DNA of 64,000 bases from Bdellovibrionales bacterium (GTDB lineage: Bacteria > Bdellovibrionota > Bdellovibrionia > Bdellovibrionales > UBA1609): the NCBI GenBank assembly GCA_050246815.1, contig JBFWVI010000009.1, forward strand, positions 8,976 to 72,975, written 5' to 3'. Positions 21,423 to 30,133 of this stretch are shown here, in pieces. The stretch's first letter is position 1, and every line of letters begins with the position of its first letter. The notes beneath the pieces were generated by a model. The model was not told where the DNA came from. It was given only the letters and a program-made list of their open reading frames with translations, and searched no databases. A program made the position numbers and the translations under genes.

Positions 21423-22880
21423 CTACGTCACTTTGATTTTTTCGACTTCAGCCAGATATTTTTTGGTTCCCTCTGGAAGTTCGCGCCACAGTTTGACGGC
21501 AAAGAACAGCCCCAGCAGAGTGAACGGAATTAAAAACGCGGGCCAATAATGCCAAGTATGGGCCGAAACCAGTGCGCCCAGCACAAATTCTTGAAATGAA
21601 GAGCCCAGCTTCGAGAACCCATCCGCAACTCCGGTGGCGGTGGCGGCGCGGCGGCGGCCACCAAAATCGGCGGTGGCTGTACCCGACATAATCGAGTGAA
21701 CGCCAATCACCGCCATCATGATCACGAGGGCGCCTGCACCCACAACATGGGGATTGTTGCTGATGGTGAGTAGCATGCAAAGAGCCGCGATAAACATCAC
21801 AACTTGCATCATGCCAGCGACCGGCGCCCGGCGAGAGTGGAAGAACTTATCGGAAACCCAGCCCGCGAAGAAGGCGCCGATGATACCCGTGACGCAGGCC
21901 CACAGACCCCAGTTGTGGGTGATGATATCCACGCCCATATTGGTGTCTTTGACGAACAGGCGGTACCATTTCATCACACCGTCACGCAAAACACCTGACG
22001 TGAACTCGATGATCCCAATCATGAGCAAGACGCGGTTTGAAAGTACCGATTTAATCACTTTCCACCATGTGCTGAGGTCGGTGTTGTCGTCATGGGAGGC
22101 ATCATGGGTTTCAAGCCGCCCAAAGCCCGCTTCATCGGGCGAGTCTTTGATCAAAATCAAATCGATAAATGCCCACAAAAGCAAAAATCCGGCGGGAATA
22201 AAGAACAGCAGCCAAAACGCTGAGACCTCGGCCATGTGAAGGCCAAAGAGGCTTTGCATAAATTCACGAAATGGGTAGCTGTCACCTTCAAACTGCACAT
22301 TGACCGCTCTGACAATGGCTTCGGTCCAGTCAAAGGCAAAATACACTCCCAAAGAAATAAGCGTGCCGAAGATCGCACCAAAAGTGCCGCGCTCGCGCAC
22401 ATGAAACCAAAAAGATTTCACTTTGATCGTCGAGATCGCACCAAAACTTTGAAAGAACATATTGCACGAATAAAGTACCGACAAAACGATCACGATGTTC
22501 ATGGACACTGAGTCGTGCAAGTAAAGATAAAGTGCCCAGCCCATCAGTATATTGAAAATCGCAGCACCCAGGCTTGCCAAAATCATCCCCTTTTTGCCGC
22601 CCACGCGGTCAATCAGGGGGCCTGTGGTGAAGAGCGCGGCAGCATAGATGAAAAAACCCCAGCCGGAGATCTGGCTCTTTTGCGCCTTGGTGATGACCTC
22701 GGCCGTGGCCAGGGCATCCAGGTTATAACGGGCCATGTACATGAAGGCATAGGTCATACCGAGCGGGAACCAACTTAAGAATCGGCGCCACATGAATTTC
22801 TTGCTGTGATTCATGGGGTTGCGCATGAAATAAAGCGTGATGATGTAAGTGATCAGGCCGCTGACAATCAACAGCTGCAT
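21423..22880 (-). CDS. MFS transporter, OPA (GlpT/UhpT-like) family
   Basis: Y..RYN, G.LIDRVG.K, WFHVRERG, GWVSDKFF.SRR.PV, DFGGRR.A.TATG..DG. Confidence 0.82.
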   Translation of the reverse strand: MQLLIVSGLITYIITLYFMRNPMNHSKKFMWRRFLSWFPLGMTYAFMYMARYNLDALATAEVITKAQKSQISGWGFFIYAAALFTTGPLIDRVGGKKGMILASLGAAIFNILMGWALYLYLHDSVSMNIVIVLSVLYSCNMFFQSFGAISTIKVKSFWFHVRERGTFGAIFGTLISLGVYFAFDWTEAIVRAVNVQFEGDSYPFREFMQSLFGLHMAEVSAFWLLFFIPAGFLLLWAFIDLILIKDSPDEAGFGRLETHDASHDDNTDLSTWWKVIKSVLSNRVLLMIGIIEFTSGVLRDGVMKWYRLFVKDTNMGVDIITHNWGLWACVTGIIGAFFAGWVSDKFFHSRRAPVAGMMQVVMFIAALCMLLTISNNPHVVGAGALVIMMAVIGVHSIMSGTATADFGGRRRAATATGVADGFSKLGSSFQEFVLGALVSAHTWHYWPAFLIPFTLLGLFFAVKLWRELPEGTKKYLAEVEKIKVT

Positions 22881-22962
22881 AGGTCCCCCGGGAAATATTT
22901 GGTTACTTTGGAGTATCGGGGGGCTGCAGTTTAGTCAACATAGGGAAGGGCCACACACCGCG

Positions 22963-23988
22963 CTATTTTAGCGCTTCGCGTAGGTAGGCGCTGGAAATAT
23001 CGAGCAGCCAGACCACGGCAGCAATAACCGCGATCAGACAGCTGACTTGGGGCCACTGCGCGCGCATGGAATACTGGTACAAAAGCGTGCCAATGCCACC
23101 GCCGCCTGCAAAACCGATAATAGTCGCCATTCGCACGTTGGTGTCCCAGCGGTAAATCGTAAACGAGATGTAGGGCAAAAGCACTTGTGGCACAACGCCA
23201 TACCAGATGGTTTGCATCTTATTGGCGCCAGTGGCCGCAATGCTGTCGATTGGGCCGGCCTGAGCGCTTTCAATCAGCTCAGAGTATTGTTTGGTCAAGG
23301 AAGCAATGGATTGCATCATCAGCGCCAACATGCCGGCAAAGGGGCCAACGCCCACCCACACGGCAAAAATAATGGCCCAGATCACAGGTTCGACAGAGCG
23401 GATGATATTAAAGAGCGTGCGCAATGTGCCATAAAGCATAAAAGCCGCAGGATGGCTCATCAAATTTTTAGCGGCGAAGAAGGCCAAAACAAAGGCTATT
23501 GGCACGGCCAACAAGGTGGCGATCAAAGCGATATAAATCGTTTCGATGACTTTTTGCACGGCAACTGCAAGCAGTGTCCAATCGGGTTGAAGCAAACCAA
23601 AAAATAATTTTTGCGCAGAGCCAAAACCATCCGAGTCCATGAGCTCGTAAAACGAGAATTCTGTCTGGCGAGCCCCCATTAGAATCGCAATTAAAAGAGT
23701 TAGCAGGAGCTGCCAGCCCCAGACCGAGCGCCACAGCGGTGCATGCGCCGTCAGCCGACTTTGCCGAGCAAAAAGCAGTGCGCCTAGAGTGATCACATGA
23801 AAACGGTTGGCGATCAGCGACAGTGTTAACCCCAGGATAAAGCCGGCCAAGAGAACCCAGGCACCGGCAGCAAGGTCAAAATTTTGATTTTGCTCATGAG
23901 GGCCAAAAAGGCCCAGGCTCATGGTCAAAAGGATGGCGCTGTTGCAGCCGTCAAAGACCCATGGTTTGAGGTTAATTGATTTGAACAT
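22963..23988 (-). CDS. phnE: PhnE/PtxC-like ABC permease
   Basis: ETI.IA..AT, R..FN.IRSV, K.YSE.IE, ATGA...Q..WYGVVPQV, YRWD.NVR.A.I.G..GGGGIG; start placed at an ATG overlapping the phnC 3' end. Confidence 0.88.
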   Translation of the reverse strand: MFKSINLKPWVFDGCNSAILLTMSLGLFGPHEQNQNFDLAAGAWVLLAGFILGLTLSLIANRFHVITLGALLFARQSRLTAHAPLWRSVWGWQLLLTLLIAILMGARQTEFSFYELMDSDGFGSAQKLFFGLLQPDWTLLAVAVQKVIETIYIALIATLLAVPIAFVLAFFAAKNLMSHPAAFMLYGTLRTLFNIIRSVEPVIWAIIFAVWVGVGPFAGMLALMMQSIASLTKQYSELIESAQAGPIDSIAATGANKMQTIWYGVVPQVLLPYISFTIYRWDTNVRMATIIGFAGGGGIGTLLYQYSMRAQWPQVSCLIAVIAAVVWLLDISSAYLREALK

Positions 23989-24748
23989 CTTTGGCCTCAG
24001 CCCCGTAAATTTGTTTGAACCAATCTTGGGTGATTTCTTGTGGTGAGCCAGTGAACACCAGGCGGCCATCGCGTAGGGCGATCACGCGGCTGGCGTATTG
24101 GCGGACCAGGCTTAGGAAGTGCAGATTGCAGATGACTGTCAGACCCATCTCTTGATTTATTTTTTTTAAATAATCCATGATGGAGTGACTGGTTGCGGGA
24201 TCAAGGCTGGCAACGGGTTCGTCGGCCAGTAAAACACTGGGCTTTTGAGCCAAGGCGCGAGCAATGGCCACCCGCTGCTGTTGGCCGCCAGACAATTGAT
24301 CGGCGCGCACGTAGGCTTTCTCCTCGAGACCTACCATGCGTAGCAGCTCGGTGGCGATTTGCTGATCTTGACGGCTGAATACGTGCAATAAGCTTTTCAT
24401 GGTGCTGGTATGGGACAAACGGCCCATTAAGATATTGCTTAAGACGTTTTGGCGAGGCACTAAGTTGTAGCTTTGAAAGATCATCGCGACCTGCTGACGC
24501 AGCTGCCGCACCTGCTGGCCAGTCACATGCGTGACGTCTTGGCCTTTGTAAAGCACTTTGCCATCACTTGGGTCCAAAAGGCGATTCAGACTGCGCAACA
24601 GCGTTGACTTGCCCGAGCCCGAAAGTCCAATCACCACCAAAAATTCGCCGGGTTGCACTTTGAAGCTGACATCATTAAGCGCCCGGACCCCGTCGGGGTA
24701 CTGGTGCGACAGATGTTGAACTTCAATAATGGGTGAGTCGGCGGCCAC
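23972..24748 (-). CDS. phnC: PhnC-like ABC ATPase
   Basis: [45 protein letters not shown] at 24748 with SD AGGA. Confidence 0.9.
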   Translation of the reverse strand: MAADSPIIEVQHLSHQYPDGVRALNDVSFKVQPGEFLVVIGLSGSGKSTLLRSLNRLLDPSDGKVLYKGQDVTHVTGQQVRQLRQQVAMIFQSYNLVPRQNVLSNILMGRLSHTSTMKSLLHVFSRQDQQIATELLRMVGLEEKAYVRADQLSGGQQQRVAIARALAQKPSVLLADEPVASLDPATSHSIMDYLKKINQEMGLTVICNLHFLSLVRQYASRVIALRDGRLVFTGSPQEITQDWFKQIYGAEAKDVQIN

Positions 24749-24761
24749 TTTTTGTTCCTGT

Positions 24762-25676
24762 TTATTGAGCTGGGTTATTCTGTTCGCTGGCTTCCAGTTC
24801 GGCAAACATTTTTCTTGCGGCTTGATAGTCTTGATCGGTCGCCGGCTTGAAGCCACTGACCGTGAATGTGCTTTCAAGGGCGGCACGGCCCTGGGGCGTG
24901 GCGATGAAATCAATCAAGCCTTGGCTGATCGTTTGTTTTATTTCTTCAGGCAAGTCATGACGAAAGACGATGGCATCGTTGGGAATGGAGTCTGTTAGCT
25001 GCACGATTTTGATTTTCTCAATCACATCCGGGTACTGGGTCAAAACCAAACGTCGCGCATCCTGGATGTCGTTGCCTTCCGGGGGTGAATAGTAAATCGC
25101 CCCGGCATCCACTTGCCCCTGATAGATCATCGAGATCACGTTGTCATGGCGTTGGGCATAGATGGTCTGCTTGGGTTTGATTTTATTCTCTTTAAACAGG
25201 TGGTTGGGCAAAATGTAGCCCGAAGTCGAAGTCGGATCGACAAAAGCAAAACGCTTGCCGTTGATATCGCTTAATTTTTTAATGCCGCTTTTAACGTGAG
25301 CGATAATCGCGGACTGGTAAGTGCTCTGCCCGTTGCGGATCACCGTGAGGCGAGCCTGAGCCTTATATTTTTGATGGGCCAATACATAACCGTAGGTGTT
25401 CAGTGAAGCTACGTCGGCGCGTTTAGAGCCAAAAGCCTCGACCACCGCAATGTAGCTGGTGGGAACAGAGACTTTGTATTTATATTTGGTGTGAGCCTCG
25501 AGGTAGTCTTTGATGGCCTGACCACTTTCTTCAAGCACATTGTGCTCAACCGAAGGTAGCAAAAAAAATTTAATGGGATTTTGGGTCGAGCCCAACTCAC
25601 CTTTGGTTTTTGTGCAGGATGTGACGCCCAAAAGCAGCAGGGCAAGGCCGATTGAAAAGGCTTGGCGTCGCAGCAT
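24762..25676 (-). CDS. phnD: PhnD/PtxB-like phosphate/phosphite/phosphonate-binding lipoprotein
   Basis: Lipobox VTSC; SY.AVVEA, FAFVDPTSTSGY..P, H..VI......VDAGA, IPND. Confidence 0.88.
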   Translation of the reverse strand: MLRRQAFSIGLALLLLGVTSCTKTKGELGSTQNPIKFFLLPSVEHNVLEESGQAIKDYLEAHTKYKYKVSVPTSYIAVVEAFGSKRADVASLNTYGYVLAHQKYKAQARLTVIRNGQSTYQSAIIAHVKSGIKKLSDINGKRFAFVDPTSTSGYILPNHLFKENKIKPKQTIYAQRHDNVISMIYQGQVDAGAIYYSPPEGNDIQDARRLVLTQYPDVIEKIKIVQLTDSIPNDAIVFRHDLPEEIKQTISQGLIDFIATPQGRAALESTFTVSGFKPATDQDYQAARKMFAELEASEQNNPAQ

Positions 25677-25836
25677 CGATCACTCCTATCAAGGGCGTCA
25701 TTCGCTCTTAGCAAACTATAGGGGCTGTCATCAGAATTGAAGCACTTCAGGTGTTTACGCTCCTTGTCATGGGGCTAAGGTTTGGCCTTTTCTGCCTCAG
25801 GAGCTAAGCTCGTGAGATCCAATCAGGGGAGGGGTT

Positions 25837-27954
25837 ATGATTCAGCGCCATTTGTGGGCAGTTTTGCTGCTCTGTTTTGCGGGGAGCTGCGCCTCAGCCC
25901 CCAAACAGGATGCATTTTCAAAATCAACGGCTTGGCTGGAGGAAGTGGAGGGCGAAAAGGCGCTCAATTGGGTAAGGGCCGAAAATCTGCGTACGCAAAC
26001 GCGTCTTGAGGCCGATCCTCGTTTGGCAAAGTTTCGTGGGCAGTTTGAAAAAGTGTTGATGGCCAAGGACCGTATCCCTTTTGGATGGTTTGAAGGTTCT
26101 CGAATTCACAATTTTTGGCAAGACGATAAAAGCGTACGCGGCATTTGGCGTCGGACCACCCTGGACGAATACAAAAAAACCAAACCCAGTTGGGAAACTA
26201 TTTTGGATTTGGACAAATTAGCGACCACCGAAAAAGAAAATTGGGTTTTCAGCAATGTGCATTGTTTGCCTCCCGCAGAGGGACGCTGCCTGATGAGCCT
26301 GTCACGCGGCGGTAAGGACGCAGACGTGCTGCGCGAATTTGATTTGGCCAACAAAAGTTTTGTGAGTGACGGGTTTATTTTACCCGAGGCGAAGTCCTCG
26401 TTTTCTTGGTGGGACGAAAATACGATTCTGGTCGGCACGGATTGGGGCAAAGGCACACTAACCCGCTCAGGTTATCCGCGCCAAGTGCGTGTTTGGCGAC
26501 GTGGCCAAGATTACCGCAGGCTGCCTGTGTTATTTGAAGTGAAAGAAGAAGATTTGGCGGCGGGTGCGCTTGTTTATCAGCGCCCCGAAGGTCAATATGT
26601 TTTTGTGAATCGTCAGATTGATTTTTATTCGCAAGAATTTTTTTGGGTGCGCCCCGATTTTCAAGAGCTGCGCAAGATGCCGCTCCCTTTGGACGTAGAT
26701 GTGATCGGCTTGCACAAAGGTCAGTTTATCATGAGCGTGCGAAAGCCGTGGATTGCGGATACGGCGGATGGCGCACGCGCTGTTGCGTCGGGCGAGGTGG
26801 TGTCGTTTGATTTTGAAGCGTGGCTAAAAAACGGCAAATTGACTAAGGTCCGAACTATTTTTAAGGCCACCGAGCAGCAGGCTTTTCAGAGTTTGCGGCA
26901 GACCGCATCCGCCGTTTATGTCAGTTATCTTGAAAATGTTCAAGCCCGCGTGAATGAATTGAAATGGCAAGAGGGTGAATGGACTTCCACCCCAGTGTCC
27001 GTTGGCGACGGATTGAATATGAGTCTTTCAACCACCTCGGTCTATCGTGATGACATGATGTTGCGGGTGGAAAGCTTTTTGGCGCCCACCCAACTTTGGT
27101 ATCGGGGCGAAAAAGACACCGGCTTTAAAACTCTGCGGAAAATGCCGGACCGTTTTAGTGCCAAAGGGTTGCAGGTTGAACAATTGTGGGCCACTAGTGC
27201 CGACGGCACCAAGATTCCCTATTTTTCAGTCGGCCCTAAAGAAAACAAGGTGACCGCGCGTCCCACTGTGCTTTCGGCCTATGGCGGTTTTGAAATTCCG
27301 CTCACCCCTTACTATTCGGGGGGCCTGGGCAAAGTTTGGATGGAGCGCGGCGGACGCTACATCGTGGCGAATATTCGCGGCGGTGGCGAGTTTGGACCGC
27401 GTTGGCATCAAGCCGGCATCAAAGAAAATCGACCGCGGGTGTATGAAGACTTTATTGCCGTGGCCGAAGATTTGATCAGGCGGGGTTTGACCACGCCGAA
27501 GCAGCTGGGAATTATGGGTGGAAGCAACGGCGGATTGCTGGTGGGGGTGGCCTTCACCAAACGCCCTGACCTTTTTGCAGCGGTGGATTGCCAAGTGCCA
27601 CTTTTAGATATGATGAACTATCACCGGTGGCTGGCGGGAGCGAGCTGGGTGGGTGAGTATGGCGATCCAGAGGACTCTAAGATGCGTCAAGTGCTGCTTT
27701 CTTATTCGCCGCTGCACAACTTTCACGCGGACCGGACTTATCCAGAAATTCTTTTTGTGACTTCGACAAAAGATGATCGCGTGCACCCGGCCCACGCTCG
27801 CAAGATGGCCTATTTGATGCGTGAAAGTGGCAAGCCTTTTTTGTATTATGAGAACATCGAAGGTGGTCATGGGGCTGCGGCCAACTTGAAGCAAAGAGCC
27901 TATAAGTCGGCGCTCGAATTCACTTATTTCTCACAAAAATTAGGCTTGCCGTAA
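25837..27954 (+). CDS. Prolyl oligopeptidase (S9A) lipoprotein
   Basis: WLEE, AYGGFE, ANIRGGGEFG..WH, catalytic GGSNGG, DDRVHP, EGGH. Confidence 0.95.
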   Translation: MIQRHLWAVLLLCFAGSCASAPKQDAFSKSTAWLEEVEGEKALNWVRAENLRTQTRLEADPRLAKFRGQFEKVLMAKDRIPFGWFEGSRIHNFWQDDKSVRGIWRRTTLDEYKKTKPSWETILDLDKLATTEKENWVFSNVHCLPPAEGRCLMSLSRGGKDADVLREFDLANKSFVSDGFILPEAKSSFSWWDENTILVGTDWGKGTLTRSGYPRQVRVWRRGQDYRRLPVLFEVKEEDLAAGALVYQRPEGQYVFVNRQIDFYSQEFFWVRPDFQELRKMPLPLDVDVIGLHKGQFIMSVRKPWIADTADGARAVASGEVVSFDFEAWLKNGKLTKVRTIFKATEQQAFQSLRQTASAVYVSYLENVQARVNELKWQEGEWTSTPVSVGDGLNMSLSTTSVYRDDMMLRVESFLAPTQLWYRGEKDTGFKTLRKMPDRFSAKGLQVEQLWATSADGTKIPYFSVGPKENKVTARPTVLSAYGGFEIPLTPYYSGGLGKVWMERGGRYIVANIRGGGEFGPRWHQAGIKENRPRVYEDFIAVAEDLIRRGLTTPKQLGIMGGSNGGLLVGVAFTKRPDLFAAVDCQVPLLDMMNYHRWLAGASWVGEYGDPEDSKMRQVLLSYSPLHNFHADRTYPEILFVTSTKDDRVHPAHARKMAYLMRESGKPFLYYENIEGGHGAAANLKQRAYKSALEFTYFSQKLGLP

Positions 27955-27955
27955 G

Positions 27956-30034
27956 GTGGTCATGTCACGTCTTTGGGTCCTCTTATCGTTTCTGCTTCTG
28001 ATGGTTGCCTGTGCCAGTTTTCGCTTTGGCAAAGTCGACGAGCCGCCATCTTGGCTAGAAAATGGCAAGGCCCCCCAAACCATCGCATGGGTGCAGGCCG
28101 AGAACGAGAGGGTGAAGCGGGACTTCGCTGATCACGCCGACTTCAAGGGTGTATATGATCGTGTGCTTGATTTTTATGAAAGCGGAACCCGCCTACCGCA
28201 GGGAATGATCCATGGCGTGCACTTTTACAACTTGATGCAAAATACGGCGCATCCGCGCGGACTTTGGCGGCGGGTAAGCACGAAAATTTTTCGACACCAC
28301 GGTCGTCCAGCTGCCGAGCACTGGGAGATTCTTCTTGATGTGGATCAGCTTGCAGTCTCACAAGGTAAAAACTGGGTTTTTCAGAACGCGATTTGCTGGA
28401 AAATGCAGCGTTGCCTTTTGTTTTTGTCTAATGGCGGCAGCGAAAACATGGAAATGCTGGAGTTCAGTCTGCTCGAAAAGAAAATCGTAATCAATGGTTT
28501 TCAACTGCCTGAGGGGCGGCATCGCGTGGCATGGCTAAGTGGCGACCAGATTGTGTTGGCGACTAAGCGCGAAGATAAGTGGTCTATAGGACAGGTGCGA
28601 GTGTGGCAACGAGGCCAAACCTTGGCCGAAGCGGAGGTGGTGAGAGGAATTGAGCTGGATAAGGCGATTTTGACGCCACTGACTCAAGGTTTAAATCCGG
28701 GTCAGATTTTTTTCATTCGCAAACACTCACTTTTTGCTCAAGATTATTTGTTGGTGACCAAAGATCGGCATGTTTTTCCGGTGAAAGTTCCGCCCACCGC
28801 GCAACTTTTGGAGGTTGACGCACATCGCGGATATTTTTTCTTGAGGCGTCCCTGGCCGCAGGCCGGCCCACAGTTCACTGCTGGCGCGGTGGTGGCGGTT
28901 TCATGGGACAACTTGGTTGTGCCGCCAGAGTTGGTATGGCCCGGTTCAGAAGGGCAAATGGTGGTTGGCGCCAAGTCGCTGAAGTCATCGTTGCTGCTGA
29001 ATGTTTTGAAAAACCTAAAAAGCGAGGTGATCGAGCTTCGCCGCAGTGCCAAAGGGTGGGCGGGTGAGACGTTGGGTGTGCCAACTCTCGGAAACGTTAC
29101 GTTTATTGAAGGCGAAGGAAGGCCCGATGAAGCGTGGATAGTAAACGATTCTTATTTAATTCCGACGCGTCTAATGAGCTGGCGGGTGGGGGAGAAAAAA
29201 TTTGTCGTGGAAGCAAAATCCAAGCCTTCTTTTGCAACCGAAAACCTGGAGCGAATTTCAGATGAGGCGGTAAGTGAAGATGGCACCCGAATTCCGTATG
29301 TGGTGATCAAACCTAAAAATTTGCCTATGGGCGCCAGAACTCCCGCTTTGTTGAATGGCTATGGTAGCCTTGTCTTTTTGGGGCTTGAAACGTATTTGGG
29401 CGCAGTTGGTGCAACATGGCTTAAGGACGGTGGAATTTGGGCTTTCGCCCATGTGCGAGGTGGGCTGGAGCTTGGTCCTGATTGGACCTTTGCCGCGCAC
29501 CGTGAAAATCGCGCGAAGGCTTATGCGGATTTGCATGCCGTAGCCAAAGCGATTCATCAAAAAGGCTGGAGCAGTCCTGCGCACACAGGGTTGTTTGGCA
29601 ACAGCAAAGGCGGCTTGTTGGCGGCGGCCACGGCGACCACCTATCCGGCCGATTTTGGCGCTGCTGTTTTGCGTGTCCCAATTTTGGATTTGTTGAATTT
29701 TTCACGTTGGCCCAACGGTGCCAGTTGGACAGACGAGCTGGGAGAGCCTCGCTCAGAGAGCGATAGAGCTTTTCTTAAAAAGCACTCCCCCGTGCAACCA
29801 GAAAAAGTGGTGGGCAAGCTTCCCGCATTCTTGCTGCTTACAGCCACTGACGATGATCGAGTTGCTCCGGCTCATGCGCGTCGCATGGCGTGGTTGCTGC
29901 AAAGAAACGATCAGAAATTTTATTACTTTGAAAGTGAAGAGGGGGGGCATGCACTTTCGAATAATCCCCTTCAACGAGCCTTTCGAACGGCTCTGGAATT
30001 GACATGGCTTAAACGCGAGCTGTCAAAGCCCTAA
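27956..30034 (+). CDS. Second, divergent prolyl oligopeptidase-like lipoprotein
   Basis: Same layout; AHVRGG.E.G, GNSKGG, DDRVAP, EGGH; lipobox MVAC. Confidence 0.88.
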   Translation: MVMSRLWVLLSFLLLMVACASFRFGKVDEPPSWLENGKAPQTIAWVQAENERVKRDFADHADFKGVYDRVLDFYESGTRLPQGMIHGVHFYNLMQNTAHPRGLWRRVSTKIFRHHGRPAAEHWEILLDVDQLAVSQGKNWVFQNAICWKMQRCLLFLSNGGSENMEMLEFSLLEKKIVINGFQLPEGRHRVAWLSGDQIVLATKREDKWSIGQVRVWQRGQTLAEAEVVRGIELDKAILTPLTQGLNPGQIFFIRKHSLFAQDYLLVTKDRHVFPVKVPPTAQLLEVDAHRGYFFLRRPWPQAGPQFTAGAVVAVSWDNLVVPPELVWPGSEGQMVVGAKSLKSSLLLNVLKNLKSEVIELRRSAKGWAGETLGVPTLGNVTFIEGEGRPDEAWIVNDSYLIPTRLMSWRVGEKKFVVEAKSKPSFATENLERISDEAVSEDGTRIPYVVIKPKNLPMGARTPALLNGYGSLVFLGLETYLGAVGATWLKDGGIWAFAHVRGGLELGPDWTFAAHRENRAKAYADLHAVAKAIHQKGWSSPAHTGLFGNSKGGLLAAATATTYPADFGAAVLRVPILDLLNFSRWPNGASWTDELGEPRSESDRAFLKKHSPVQPEKVVGKLPAFLLLTATDDDRVAPAHARRMAWLLQRNDQKFYYFESEEGGHALSNNPLQRAFRTALELTWLKRELSKP

Positions 30035-30074
30035 AATTAAATTTTGGAAACCTTCTCATTTTCTCAAAAAAGAC

Positions 30075-30089
30075 GCCTCATTTTGAGAC
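30075..30089. promoter_or_regulatory. GTCTCA-N3-TGAGAC-like palindrome (1 mismatch)
   Basis: GCCTCATTTTGAGAC, 7 bp upstream of a sigma-28-like -35 box. Confidence 0.5.
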
Positions 30090-30096
30090 CGCGGCT

Positions 30097-30123
30097 TAAG
30101 GTCGAGTTCACTTTATCCGATCA
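30097..30123 (+). promoter_or_regulatory. Putative sigma-28 (FliA) promoter of the giant gene
   Basis: TAAG-N15-TCCGATCA versus consensus TAAA-N15-GCCGATAA; ends 10 nt before ATG 30134. Confidence 0.55.
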
Positions 30124-30133
30124 TATAGACGAG

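Noticed and set aside
30044..30133. TTG start of the 7,109-aa ORF
   Set aside because: The extension covers the palindrome and the sigma-28-like promoter; ATG 30134 gives a normal-length lipoprotein signal
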